From Azolla caroliniana (Eukaryota > Plantae > Polypodiophyta): a stretch of DNA of 64,000 bases. A program made the translations under genes and the position numbers. How positions within the stretch are numbered: the first letter of the stretch is position 1; each line of letters begins with the position of its first letter. Positions 39,124 to 51,557 of this stretch are shown here, piece by piece. The notes beneath the pieces were generated by a model. It saw only the letters and a list, made by a program, of their open reading frames with translations, was not told the origin of the DNA and searched no databases. The stretch is from the NCBI GenBank assembly GCA_043228905.1, contig JBHGNT010000020.1:10478001-10542000 (forward strand), given 5' to 3'.

Positions 39124-40209
39124 TTTCTGTGTTAACCTAGCTCTGATACCAGTTTGTTGTAAACACTTGAGCTCGGCCACAACCGAGGAATAGGATCAAC
39201 TCACAGAAAACAGGAAATACAAAATACACGAAGACAACAGAGAGAAAGGTACACAGGATGTTTTACGTGGAAAACCCTAAATGGGAAAAACCACGGGAGT
39301 CCTCAAACTCCAACTATCACTATAAACAGAGATGTACAATGGTGAAGCTACAAGGCAGCAACCTTGAGCTCACTGTCTTCGCCACAGGCGGCGGCAATAC
39401 ACAGAGGCGTCGACCTCTTCCTTTCTCTCTCTTTCTCTCTCGGCTGCTCTCACTTCGCTCCCTCGGCTGAAAACATAAAATGAGCAACAACGTTTAAACT
39501 GTTTGCCCTAAGTCATATTTATACACATATGACTTTCGGGCTATTTACAAATATAGCCTCAAGGGCCCTTGGCAAACATATTCACAAATATGTCCCCGCA
39601 TCCGGATCTCTCTCCGGGTACATTCGTCATCCGGCTCCGTAACCGGGGTCTTCAGCATCCGGCTCCGTAACCGGGGTCTTCATCATCCGGCTCCGTAACC
39701 GGGGTCTTCAGCATCCGGCTCCGTAGCCGGGGTCTTCATCATCCGGCTCCGTAACCGGGGTCTTCAGCATCCGGCTCTGTAGCCGGGGTCTTCATCATCC
39801 GGCTCCGTAACCGGGGTCTTCATCATCCGGCTCCGTAACCGCAACCGGGCTTGCCGTCCTTCATCTCCGGACATCCCATCCGGAGGGACCGAAATCCCAA
39901 CAGTTGTAAACCTCAAAATGAATCCATAAACGGAGATAAATACAAATGAGTAGAATAAGAAAGTACTTACAAGTGGAGGTGGACCTTTCGGTGCGGGTGT
40001 AGGTACCACTAGCCGAGCGCAAGTGCGATTGGAGGTGCAATTGGTTGAGCGTAGGTGTAGTAGGTTTCAAATATTCAAAAATAGCAGGAAAAAGTAAGTG
40101 TGCAGGGTTTTAGCAATGATGAAGTTGTGCTCGGGTTAGGTGCTCAAACTGGGTCAGGTTTGAAGGATTGGGTTGGGTGTGACAGAGGCTCGCCAAGTCC
40201 GGGCTGCAT

Positions 40210-41720
40210 AAAACCCAACCCGGCTCAGACAAGCCTATATCACATCTAACCCAAGTAGTGATGATGCCATTTGATTACCTAACTTGGACTCGGTTAACCT
40301 AACCTAGCCAGTGTAATTTTCTAAACCTAACCTGGACTCTACATACCTAACCTGGTCCTTGTAATTCTATAAACCTAACCCGACAAGAACACCTAACCTG
40401 AACCTTTTGACCTAACCCGGTGTTCAGACCTAACCCGACATCGTAGTGCACGTAACCCAGACACAATTGTATCGTTGTTAAAGCCTTGCACACTTACTTT
40501 TTTCCCCTATTTTTGAATATTTGAAACCTGCTACACCTGCGCTCGACCAGCTGCACCCGCACCTACTCCTGAACCTCCACCTCCACCTTGTAAGTCTTTC
40601 TTATTTTGCTCATCTGTATTGATCTCCGTTTAGGGATTTAGGAAAGCTATGTTGAGTTTCATATTAAGATTTGCAATTTCATTTTTATCAATATGTTTGT
40701 GTATGCCGGAAAGACCAATCATTATGTTGTGTTTGCATTTGTGGACTCGGCAAAGGATTGTTATAAACCCTAAATTTTGATGCTTTGTCTATAATTGGTG
40801 GAGATTCTGATACTTCTCCTCCTCCTCCTCCTCCTTCTCTATCTTCTTCATCTTCGTCCTCCATAACTTGCGGCTCAAATGCAAATGGATGATGCTACAA
40901 TGGATATAGATGTAGAGTTGACACAAGAAGCAGAAGTCAAGATGAATGTAGAAGTTGACGAAAGGGAAGAAATGAAGTTAGGAACACATCAAACTATGGA
41001 AGCACTTCAACTGCTCGAGCAAGGATTAAGAGCAATGAACAATGCGACTGTTGAGCATTGTGAGCAACTCATGGTAGATTTTCGAAAGGAGTTGCTCTTA
41101 TCTATGGGCACATCGGCAACAACCAATATGGCATCAAGAGATTCAATAAGTTAGAAGCAACAAATTGGTGCGAAACGAGGAGCCACACCCAACATTTCAC
41201 AAAAACTTATTGGCAGCTCCCCAAACATGACCAAAACGCACATCTGGAACCTACAAAGAGGTGCTCGTCATGCTAAGAGGCGGTTGCCAATATGTGAGAC
41301 TAAGAAGGTTCGGTGTTTGTATTGTGATGGTTTGACATTGACTTCAAGAGAGACTAATGCAAATTGTTGCAAAATTGTGGGTATATCTTGCCATCCTTTG
41401 ACCAAGAGCCTTGATCTTTGAGTTTTTTTTTACATTATAGCATGTGTTTTTTTAGGTTTGTAGTGTATGGAGATTGTATATGTACAACTCGAAGATTTTG
41501 ATATCTAAACATGTATAGCCAATTGGTGGCTAAAATTGTTGACATTTTGTTTAAATTCAGTGTTGGACGAAAGTTTTGGTAAATTTTTACATGTAAAACG
41601 TTGAAATTTTATTTTTGAAATTTTTGGCTAATCTTAGCATTTTTTTAAACAATGGTCTTTTCAGAAACTTTAGTCAGGTTAGGTGCATGTACCTGGGTTA
41701 GGTTCACGTGTGACAGAAAA
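40210..41720 (+). mobile_element. Second, internally deleted copy of the MULE-like element, inverted relative to 31290-40200
   Basis: 40870-41720 is the reverse complement of about 31360-32210 (MDDATMD..EVDEREEMKL..HQTMEALQ); 40480-40860 is the reverse complement of 34100-34280 plus 39908-40140; dense AACCTAACC repeats at 40270-40460. Confidence 0.7.
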
Positions 41721-43287
41721 ATTACTTCCACAGATGAGGTCTTGTTTTGTTAAATGAGATAGATCACTCCACCAACTAATGAAAGGGGTCATGCACCACC
41801 ACAAGTACAAAATAAAGTGAAGAGTTCTCGGTCTACAAATCCTTAACTCAAGCATTATTTAACACCCAGACACCTTCCTCGAGTTCCTCGACAAAAATTA
41901 GCTACAATCAGGGACATGCCACATGTTGTGTAGTACCCGAGTAGAATAGTTGGGAAAGTTAACTCCAAGCGACGTCCTCCTGTATATCCTCTATGTATAT
42001 GCTCTCCTTATTTCCCCATACTCCTTAATAAACCCTTTATATTTCATTTCAATTGCCTCCATTTTTTTATTTAACTTAACCACCCTATTTACATTCCATC
42101 ATTTCCCCGAACACACCTTTATAAACTTTGCGACTTCTTCTTTGCCTCCATTTCTACTAGTCCCTCGATTACCCATAAATTCTCTTTATTTCCCAAGATG
42201 CCCTTCATCACCCTCATCTCCAAGCTTTTCTAGATTCCATGCATAACACATGTAAATACACATGCTTTATTGTCTCGTTGTGTACATGCTTTGCCAGTTT
42301 AACTATTATAGACTAAATTATTTGGTATTTCTTGTCTACCTTTGCGACAAAAGCTAGTATCCACCTAATGTTATCTCTTTCACATTCTTGTTCTCCACTC
42401 CTACAAGGTTTCTATACATTGAAAGTTTCATTTAACAATTCATGTTAGCTTCTCCAAGCATGCACACATATCTCCAATTGGTATTACAATACCACTAGGT
42501 TCCTCAGAAACATGCCATTTTTCTGATTCTTTTACAAATATGAAACCAAATTGGTGATTATGAGATGAGTAGATCTATCTATCCCTAACATAGGGTAAGG
42601 CAATGCACCCACATCATCTCATTCTTCCTATTGTCTTCCATTTGCTTCCTATTTGAGTCTTAAGAGTGACACTGCATTCTTTGTATGGTATAGTTGATCA
42701 CATGCACCTAGTTAAAATGCCTCTTGCTATGGTAAATATTCGATGTATAGTTCTCTAGACAATTGGTAGCGAAAAACATCCAAATGGCCTATATACATTT
42801 ATGCATTGTATGAAAACAAAAAAAATCAAACAACATGTGGCCTGTTTTTTACCTAATCCAAGACCACAACTAAAAAAAATGTTTACTTTTAGATTACAAT
42901 TTAGCATACTATATGCACTCATCAATTTTATTGAGTATAGAATTGCAAACATAAATCAATATCATAGGGCAGATACAAAAGCATGCTTCCTTTCCAGCAT
43001 ATCACACCCATCACAATCTCATTTAGTCTTTGAAACTATTGCTTGTCATAGTGGCATCAAAACATTTTACTTATCATTGATCCCACATTTCAATCACCAT
43101 GAGAATATCAATAAGGTATACACATGTTGTTTGTCCCTTGGAAGCATCCTTCAACAAACTTCAATTGAGATCATGAGGCAGATACAAATCAATGCGTACT
43201 TCCCATCATCATCGTCATCATGGCATGACCTCAATCCATCTTTCAAACTAATTAGCTCTGTCAGAGTAACATAATGGCATTTTACTA

Positions 43288-43650
43288 TTCAATCACCATG
43301 AGATTGTGGATAGGGTATATGTCTATGGTTCTTGGAAGCATTCTTCCATTTCCTCTTTGCAAGGAAAGCCTCAAAGTTTTCTAGTTGTCTACAAATGTTA
43401 TTAACCAAAATATGAGTCTACCCTAGACAAAATCAATTGAATCAAATACTTAAGTTCCTAGTACAAACAAGATAAATAGGAGATTCAGAAGAAGAATGCT
43501 ATCTTCAATTCCTTATACTTATCTATCAAGTATTCTTTCCTTGTCTCAGGTGCGAATGAGATAACGATACATACACATAAGTATTTGGTAGAATGATTTA
43601 TTCTCTCGAGGAATGCATAATTCATCATACTCACATTCTTCAAATAGAAT
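43288..43650 (-). pseudogene. Decayed duplicate of the RRP36 3' exons (end of exon 7, exons 8-9)
   Basis: ETRKEYLIDKYKELK and AFLAKRKWKNASKNHRHIPY copies; the exon-8 donor GT is mutated to AT and the exon-9 copy has an indel; part of the tandem duplication of about 41140-43650 / 43690-45503. Confidence 0.85.
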
Positions 43651-45145
43651 GACACAAAAGGTGTATGGTTTAGGTGTATTGAAATCAACCAACGAAGAAA
43701 GCGTAGGATCCATAAGTCAAAAGCAACAAATTGGTGCGAAAAGAGGAGCGATAGTCAACATCTCGCAAGAACTTATTGACAGCTCCCCAAACACTTGGAA
43801 ATCCCACACTAGAAAACTATAGATAGGTGCAAGTCAGGCTAGGAGGTAGTTGCCAATATGTGAAATTGAGAAAGTTAGGCGTTTGCATTGTGATAACTTG
43901 ACCTTGACTTCAAGGGATTCCAATACTAATTGCTGCAAAAATTGTAGTTGCATTTTGTTGTCATCTACACTACCCCTAATAATACCTTATCTTTTCCTTA
44001 TTGACATGGATGAGGCTAGTTTGTTAATGAAATTGATGAAATAAAGTGCTCCACCAACTAATGAAGGGTCAAGCTCCAACATCCATTGAATCAAGCAAAG
44101 AGCTCTTGATCTACCAATCCTTTAATGCAAGCAATGTTTACGTCCTTGAAACCAATATCCAAGGTACATCCTCTTCTTCACTGCGTTTTAATTTAGTTTG
44201 CCTTCGAGTTTGATTACATCCGTTTTCTTTATTCACTCAATTGCGCCTATTTTCATACTACCATTTCCTCAACTTCTTGCTCTCCAACTCTATAAGCTTT
44301 CTAACAAACAGTTTATTTAAGCTTGTCATTGTAACCGCAATTGGTATTCACCTATTGTCAGGTTCCTCAGCAGCATGCTATTGTCTAATTGCTTTAGTAT
44401 GAAACCACATCAGCAATCAAGACATGAGTAAATTTATACCCATCACATAAGGTGTTTGTACAAGGCAATGCACCCACAATCTTCTCCATTTTCATTTTGT
44501 CTTCCATTTTCTTCCTCTTGGCTTATGGCATAATTGAAAGCGTCACAAAATGTTTCCTTGTATAGTCTTGTAGATCAAATGCACCTAATTAGAAGGCATC
44601 TTGTTGTGGCATAGTTCTCTGGCATTAGGCTGAAAAGAACTTCTAATAAATAGACTATATACTAATGCAATGTATCAGAACAAAAAATCAAACAAAATGC
44701 AGCATTTTCTTTGGCCAATACCCATGCCACAACCAGGAAAGGTTTACTTTCAGATTACAATTTAGCATACTATATGCACACTAATAAATTTTATTGAGTA
44801 CAGAATTGCGAAGTTAAATCAATATCATAGGGCAGATCCAAGAGTATGCTTCCTTCCCAGCATATCATCATCACAGTCTCATTCCATCTTTCAAACTAGC
44901 TTTGTCATAGTGGCATAACTGCATTTTACTATTGTTGATCCCACTTCCAATCACCATGAGATCATTGACAAGGTATACTGCTTCAGTTCTTAAAAGCATT
45001 CTTCAACAGACTTCAATTGAGATCACGAGGCAAGTACAAAACACTGCCTACTTCCCATCATCATCATGACATGACCCCATCCATCTTTCAAACTAATTAG
45101 CTCTGTCAGAGTGACATAATGGCATTTTACTATTCAATCCCACTT

Positions 45146-48100
45146 TCAATCATCATGAGATCGTCGATAAGGTATATATCTATGGTCCTTGGAAGCATTC
45201 TTCCGTCTCCTCTTTGCAAGGAATGCATCAAGTTTTCCACTTGCCTACAAATATTATTAAGCACAATTAGTCTACCCTAGACAAAATCAATTGAATTAAA
45301 TATGTAAGTTCCTAGAACAAACAAGATGATAGGAGATCCAGAAGAAAAATGCTACCTTCAGTTCCTTATACTTATCTATCAAGTCTTCTTTCCTCGTCTC
45401 AGCTGCAAATGAGATAAAGATATGTACACATAAGTAGTTAGTAGAATGATTTATCCTCTGGAATGACGCATAATTTATTATACTCACATTTCTTCAAATA
45501 GAAGGGCTTCTTGCCCTGTTTCACAGCTTCCTTTTCTTTCTTCCTTACTTCAGCATCCTTCTTATGCCTTTTTCGGCGTTTTTCCTCCTCTCTAAGTTGT
45601 ATATCCTTTTGATTTTTGCATTAATGAGAAAACAATGCCAAATCTAATTACTGGTTCAACATCCAGCGTAATGCCAAAGGGAAAAAAATGAATGCTAAAA
45701 TAAAGCAAAATAAAGCAAATTGATTTAAAATCCTCCAAAATCAATCATGAATGGTTTGGAGAAAAACCGACATCACATCTACTTCATAGTGTCCAACGAC
45801 ATGTCTAGGTTCAGCAATTGAGAAATTATAAACAAAATCTTAGGCTTGTCGAAGCTATATTTTCCCAATCCTTTGTATCAGACATTTTCCTCTGTATAGC
45901 TTTTCATAATATTTACGCAACTTGAAATCCTTTCCTGCTCTCCAAATTCTATACGGGTTTTTCCTTTTATGAATTATGTTTTCTAAAAGAATGCCCAAGA
46001 AACAATGCAGATATATAACAGTTGATATATAAATGGATAAAAGATCACAAAAAATGGACATATGCACACTCACAATCCAATTAATATGTTTTTCGATCTG
46101 TTCACAAGTTTCACTAGACTTCTCCTTTCGTAGCAATCCTTGAAGTCTCTGGTCAAACAACAAGAAACAATTAGTTATTAATGCCATATGGTCATGCATC
46201 ATCGAAAACTATCAATTTATGTCAGACTATATTTTGAGTTTTACCTTCTTTTCCGCAGGAAGCTCCTCATCATAGAGGAAACTGTATGACTTTTTGAACC
46301 TATACACAGGAAATCAGTCATTCACGCAAATTGTTTTGGAAAACACAGCAGGACAGCTGTCAGACAAGCATGTTTAACAATCCAGACACAACACTATTGA
46401 TTATCTCATTTGTCTGTGAATTATAATCATGGAGAGGCAGCCCATTTTACAGATGCTTCGTGAATCTCGAGAGGGATTTGAACACAATCCCTAGACCGAG
46501 AAAAAACTTGGAACTCCTAACAATCATGAAGGCAACAGAAGCCCTCAGATACCGACTACTCACATGCATATTGGAGACTGATGGATGCTTTTGTGGGGAG
46601 TTTATGATTACCATGGGAATGAAACAATGTAGTCCACTATTGCGGATTCTATTAGGTCTATGATTATCAAAGAAAAATCGCATAAGTCAATTTAGTTTCA
46701 TGTAGATGGATTCATATACAATTCCTCAAATGTGGATCACCTCCAGAATGCCACTTTTCGTCACTTTTCTGCTGAAAAATTTATCATCAGACCATCTTGA
46801 ATGGATTCACATCTCTCACAAGCTTGTAGTGTGAGAGGTTCACAAATGGGTAACACACATCACTGGGATCCTAAAAGACAGTAGCAAATGGTTGTCCCTC
46901 ACACAACTAAAGCCATCTTGAAAGTTTCATGAATGGGTAACACCCATCACTGGGATCCAAAAAGACACTAGCAAGGGGTTGTCCCTCCTCACACAACTAA
47001 AGTCTGTACAAGAAAAATATCGGAGTGGTTGACATTAGGATCACTGAGCAACATGTTCCCTTCGCAACAAAACACTCATTACTGACACTTTGAACGAAAG
47101 CAGCACATATAAACATAACCAATGGAATCTAAGTTCTAATGCAGGACCTGAAAAGGCAAAATTCCACAAATTGAACAATGATGACCATTAATGTGAAGAT
47201 ATCTATGTGATAGACCAATAAATAACTAACTGAAAACTTCTTGAGCATCACATGAAGAGGAAGAGACAATGTCATACACCATTTTGTCCGGAGGCTTTCA
47301 TATCTCTTTCTTTCTTTCTTTCTTTGATGCCATCACAATATTATATAAACGTAAAGTTGTATACTGTTCAACAATATCATTTTAATCTCACAAACAGCAC
47401 AGAATCATTTTAATATAAAGAAGAAATGAGAGAATCTAAAGCTTCAACACTTCGTTGAATGGTTTTGCATTTCCTTACCTGGACTCTTCATAGCCACCAC
47501 ACAAATTTTCAAACCTCGGATCTCTAAGGACCTATCAAAAGCATAAAATGATTTAATACAATTAGCTATTACAAAGAAATATGAATAGAAAACATAAATT
47601 ATGATAGGTTTCTCTATCCTCTCACTCCTGCACTTTACATGATCTGAATTCTCAATGAAGAGAGTAGTGTGGGTGTGTGGCCTTTGGACCCCTTGGTGAA
47701 ACCCATTTGAATTTGTGATCAATATATCTTTGGTGGCATGTTACGACATACGTCACCAAGGTATATGTATGAAAAGATTAGATACATGTGGTAAACCATA
47801 ATTAAAGGTGGATTCTTGGTTCATCTTCCTATTGAGTTCTAGACACATCGTCTCTCCTCATATTGTACTGTGCTAATGTTTTGTAGATATTGCAAGTATT
47901 GTGGTTAATGCTAACACATCTCTTGATCCTTTCCTTAGATATCTTCAAGTTGCTTGTTAATCATTGATCTAGTACCATGTTACTCCGTTCATATATGTAA
48001 GTTTCTTTTTAATTTCCTATTTATTAATCCAATTCTCACAAATTCGATGGGTATTCCAAACTATTCTCCGTGCTATCAATACGAAACTAAAACGGTTTTT

Positions 48101-49624
48101 GAGCCCCAAAACAAGCATACAACCCCCTCATGTGATGTTTTTTATGAAGATGTATCACAAGAAAAGATCAAGCCATATTATACACACACATAGAAATTAT
48201 CTCCAACCCATAGTAAATCTATTTAACAAGGAAATTCAAGACATGGTCATTTGAATACCATGCAAATACCATAACTTTATATGAACGAGTCATGATTAAA
48301 ATTCATAAGAATGAAAAAAAATCTTTGCTACCATAAGAATTTCACCAAGTGAAAAAAATTCTTTGCTACCATAACTTTATAGGAATGAGTCGTGACTAAA
48401 CATTCATAAGAATGATAAAAAATGCTTTGCTACCATAACAATTTCACCATGTGAGACATAGTTTTATGAATAAACATAGTTTCACAACACCAAAGTGAAA
48501 ACAAAGACCTAATATCTAATCATGTAGCAAAAGTACTTTGGAAGTGAGATATTAAAAAGGAAATAAATTCAGCCCTTCCATGTTATCTAATGGTAAAGCT
48601 TCTCCTCCATAACCTTCATTTTTTCCTAAGTAGTGTTTTTTCATAGGAAATTTCAAGCTTATCCCATGAAGCAATGGTTTTTGAGCAACCTTGCATGAAC
48701 ATTCAAGATGTGCAGGCGTTGGTGTTAAGGGTTCTATGCATCTCATGTTTTAAAATTTAGCAGCCATTTTGTTAACTTTTGTTTTATGCAAAAATGATTG
48801 AAGAGTTAGTTATAATGAACCCCTGATTGATAACGAGACCATATGCAGCACAAAACAAACATGTGACTGGAGGGAAAAGTTATCTTACTCGTTTTGGCGC
48901 TTGAATCACCTCTCGGAATCTGCCTACTGGCTTCTTACTGCTCATTTCTACTGGTCTGATAACAAAAGCAAGTGGTCAAAATAAATATCATGAAAAACAT
49001 GATTGTCATATTTATGCTATATTTCTCCAAAACAAATGTGGTAGGAAAAATGTCATCCTATTTATCAAAAATTTAAATAAAAAAAAAAAAGCTTGAAAAA
49101 ATGAAACTTGTTTACAAAATGATGCAGCTATATATTCAAAAGGTAATAAAGTAGGTTTCCAAAATGATGTTATATTTCAAATGAATAAAAAATAGTCTAA
49201 CATGTATACCTTTTACCTGTTTTTGTTTGCTCGGGAAGGTATCGGTTTCTGAATGGGAATAGGACGAAACCTTGAGAAGCCATCACAGCGAGCTCTCTGA
49301 AGGTCTTCAAATGGGATTTCGGAAACTAAATTCTGCAACTCTTCTTCACCTTCGTCTTCCTCTTCCTCCTGGGAGAAGCAAAAAGTGGAACTTTTCGATA
49401 AATCTTTAGAAAGGCTACTTTCTTCTTTTCCTGTGTTTAGGTTTTTTGCACAGAGGAAACGAAAAAAGAAAACCAAAAAAAAATGGAGTTGTTTTGCGTA
49501 ATGATCATAACAGGCAAACCTTCTCCGAGGCGGAAATCGACTCCTCCTCTTCTTCTTCTTCTTCTTCCTTTTCTTCCTCTTCTTCTTCACATCGACTCTC
49601 ACGCTTGCTATTCCTGGAGGACAT
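45146..49624 (-). CDS. RRP36: rRNA-processing protein 36 homologue; 9 exons, 256 aa
   Basis: Exons 49624-49520, 49368-49217, 48955-48889, 47531-47479, 46299-46245, 46148-46074, 45605-45488, 45402-45356, 45244-45146 (771 nt, GT-AG, in phase). Motifs RANKNRPVEMSSKKPV, RDPRFE, FKKSYSFLYD, GKKPFYLKKSE and KRRRKNASKDHRYIP; acidic N-terminus. Confidence 0.93.
46445..46680 (+). mobile_element. Ancient LINE RT fragment in RRP36 intron 4
   Basis: CFVNLERDLNTIPR resembles CFVDF.KAFD.VPR, and GMKQCSPLLRILLGL resembles GVKQGCPLSPTLFGL, with correct spacing. Confidence 0.6.
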
Positions 49625-49664
49625 GGCCGCTCTCTCGCTGGCCCGAGACAGAGACAGAATATAC

Positions 49665-49726
49665 AGAGAGAGAGAGAGAGAGAGAGACAGTATCTGTTTT
49701 TACCAAAAGTGTGTGTGTGTGTGTGT

Positions 49727-49763
<37 letters not shown>

Positions 49764-49864
49764 TATCTGTTTTTACCAAAAGTGTGTGTGTGTGTGTTAG
49801 AGAGAGAGAGAGAGAGAGAGAGAGACAGTATCTGTTTTTACCAAAAGTGTGTGTGTGTGTGTGT

Positions 49865-49907
<43 letters not shown>
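49665..49907. repeat. Three-unit compound microsatellite (GA)n-cagtatctgtttttaccaaaa-(GT)n immediately upstream of the RRP36 ATG
   Basis: The unique spacer agtatctgtttttaccaaaag occurs three times between GA and GT runs. Confidence 0.9.
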
Positions 49908-49910
<3 letters not shown>

Positions 49911-51522
49911 CCGTCTATTCCATTTCGTATGTAGTAGTAATAGCAAGATGAAGAAGAACTACTGTAGTTATAACTTATAGCAAGATGAAGAAGAAGGTCT
50001 CAATCTCTCAAAGCTCTCTATCTAGGTCACACTTTATCTATACATATAATGGTTTTTTGGTTGTCCCAAGTGTTTTTTATTTCCTTTTGTTTTCTTTTTC
50101 TTCTTTTTTTTTGGGGGGGGGGGGGGCCTTGGTCTATGTCTTAGTAGATCATGCGAAGCTTTTTGTCATATCCAACCCACAACCACGTTTCGTCCCATAA
50201 TTTGCTTCATCGCATACTGACATTCGCCCGGTCGAATCCTGGCAGATGCATTCCCCACACGAACGCTTTTCTAAACCCGTGAATCCTTCTTTCGGGCCAG
50301 CTAATAAAAACTTTAATGGTCAGATCACACGAATCTGAAAAAAACAAACAAACAAGTGTTTGAATCTCATCACATGCCAACTCAATAAAAAATCAACATG
50401 TCGAAACTTTGCCTCAAATGTTGCAAATGTTATGTTACTCTGTGTTGACGCCCATGAAACTCAAATAGCTATAAACTCGAAATCAATTTTATAAAATCCA
50501 TCGATATGGTTTCCTATTTAGTGGCATGTATATTTGAGGTATGCAAAAGACTCGTGACTTTAAGTTGCCCAGTCTTGACATTGTTGACATTTAATCTGAT
50601 AGACTTGTATGTCAAAATGCATAGGCCAATAAAATTTAGTAGAGCCATGGGAGAGTGTATAATCCATTTTGAGTACCCTACTAAGGGTCTATCACGCCAT
50701 TCAAAAAGAATATTGCTTTTGATGTGAGGCAAATGTGGGACCCAAAACCTTTCCATGTACATTCTATATGAATTTCATTTACATTAGCTTTTTTGTATCA
50801 AGATGTTATATTATGTTTAAAACCTTTTGCATTTTTGTTAAATAAGCTTGTTAAATTTCATGTTGTTTATGGTTACAATAATTTTCCATCTTTCTTGTTG
50901 ATTCACATGAAGTGAGCTTGTTGGTGGCTTCTAATTACATATCATACATAACACTACGAAAAATGATATTGGCATTGGTACCAAGTGTGTAAGCGTGGAT
51001 CATGAGAACACAAAAAATATAATGTAAAAGAGGCCAATACTTGTGTAAAGAACCCAAAAATTATCTCATACTTTATATGATATTAGTGGTAAGTGCTCAT
51101 TTGAAGCTACCTTCTAATCTCCTTGTATGTGTATGTGGTGTGTTGACAATATGTGTGTATGGGTTGGCTGACGATAAATGAGATGTTGGCCAACATATGC
51201 GGAAGCGTATGAGGATTCTTTGTGTGGAGTTAGCAAATGAACACCTATTCAGATGGAGGTTGAGATTCACTATTCCTATCAAGAAGGTATGCAGAGAGAG
51301 AGAGAGAGCCCAGATGGATGTAGCTCAGTTGGTAAGGTTGCCCAATGGAGACCAGGTGGTCATGGGTGGAATCTAGGGAATTAAGAGATATGTATGGAGT
51401 ATATAATAGAGAGGTGAGTAAAATTAGATTTCGAACCCAAGAAAAGCGGCTTGTAGTGTAACAACTTACCAATAGGGTAAGCTAATTACGATAGAGATTC
51501 ACTATTCCTATCAAGAAGGTAT

Positions 51523-51557
<35 letters not shown>

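Larger units (their letters stand above)
34289..39902 (-). mobile_element. Full-length young Ty1/Copia LTR retrotransposon (Tork/Tnt1-like)
   Basis: 748-bp LTRs at 34289-35036 and 39155-39902 (TG..CA, only 2 differences seen); TSD GTTGT; tRNA-iMet PBS TGGTATCAGAGC at 39151-39140; PPT GAAGGGGGAGTT at 35048-35037. Confidence 0.97.

Noticed and set aside
42801-43274. 157-aa ORF
   Set aside because: It lies antisense in the duplicated RRP36 3' UTR, has no motifs, and is not kept open in the paralogous copy.
49369-49430. Upstream alternative acceptor (CACAG) for RRP36 exon 2
   Set aside because: Out of phase with exon 1; the acceptor at 49370/49369 keeps the frame.
49688-49860. Repeat-spacer-like pattern upstream of RRP36
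   Set aside because: The intervening sequences are plain GA/GT microsatellites, not unique spacers.
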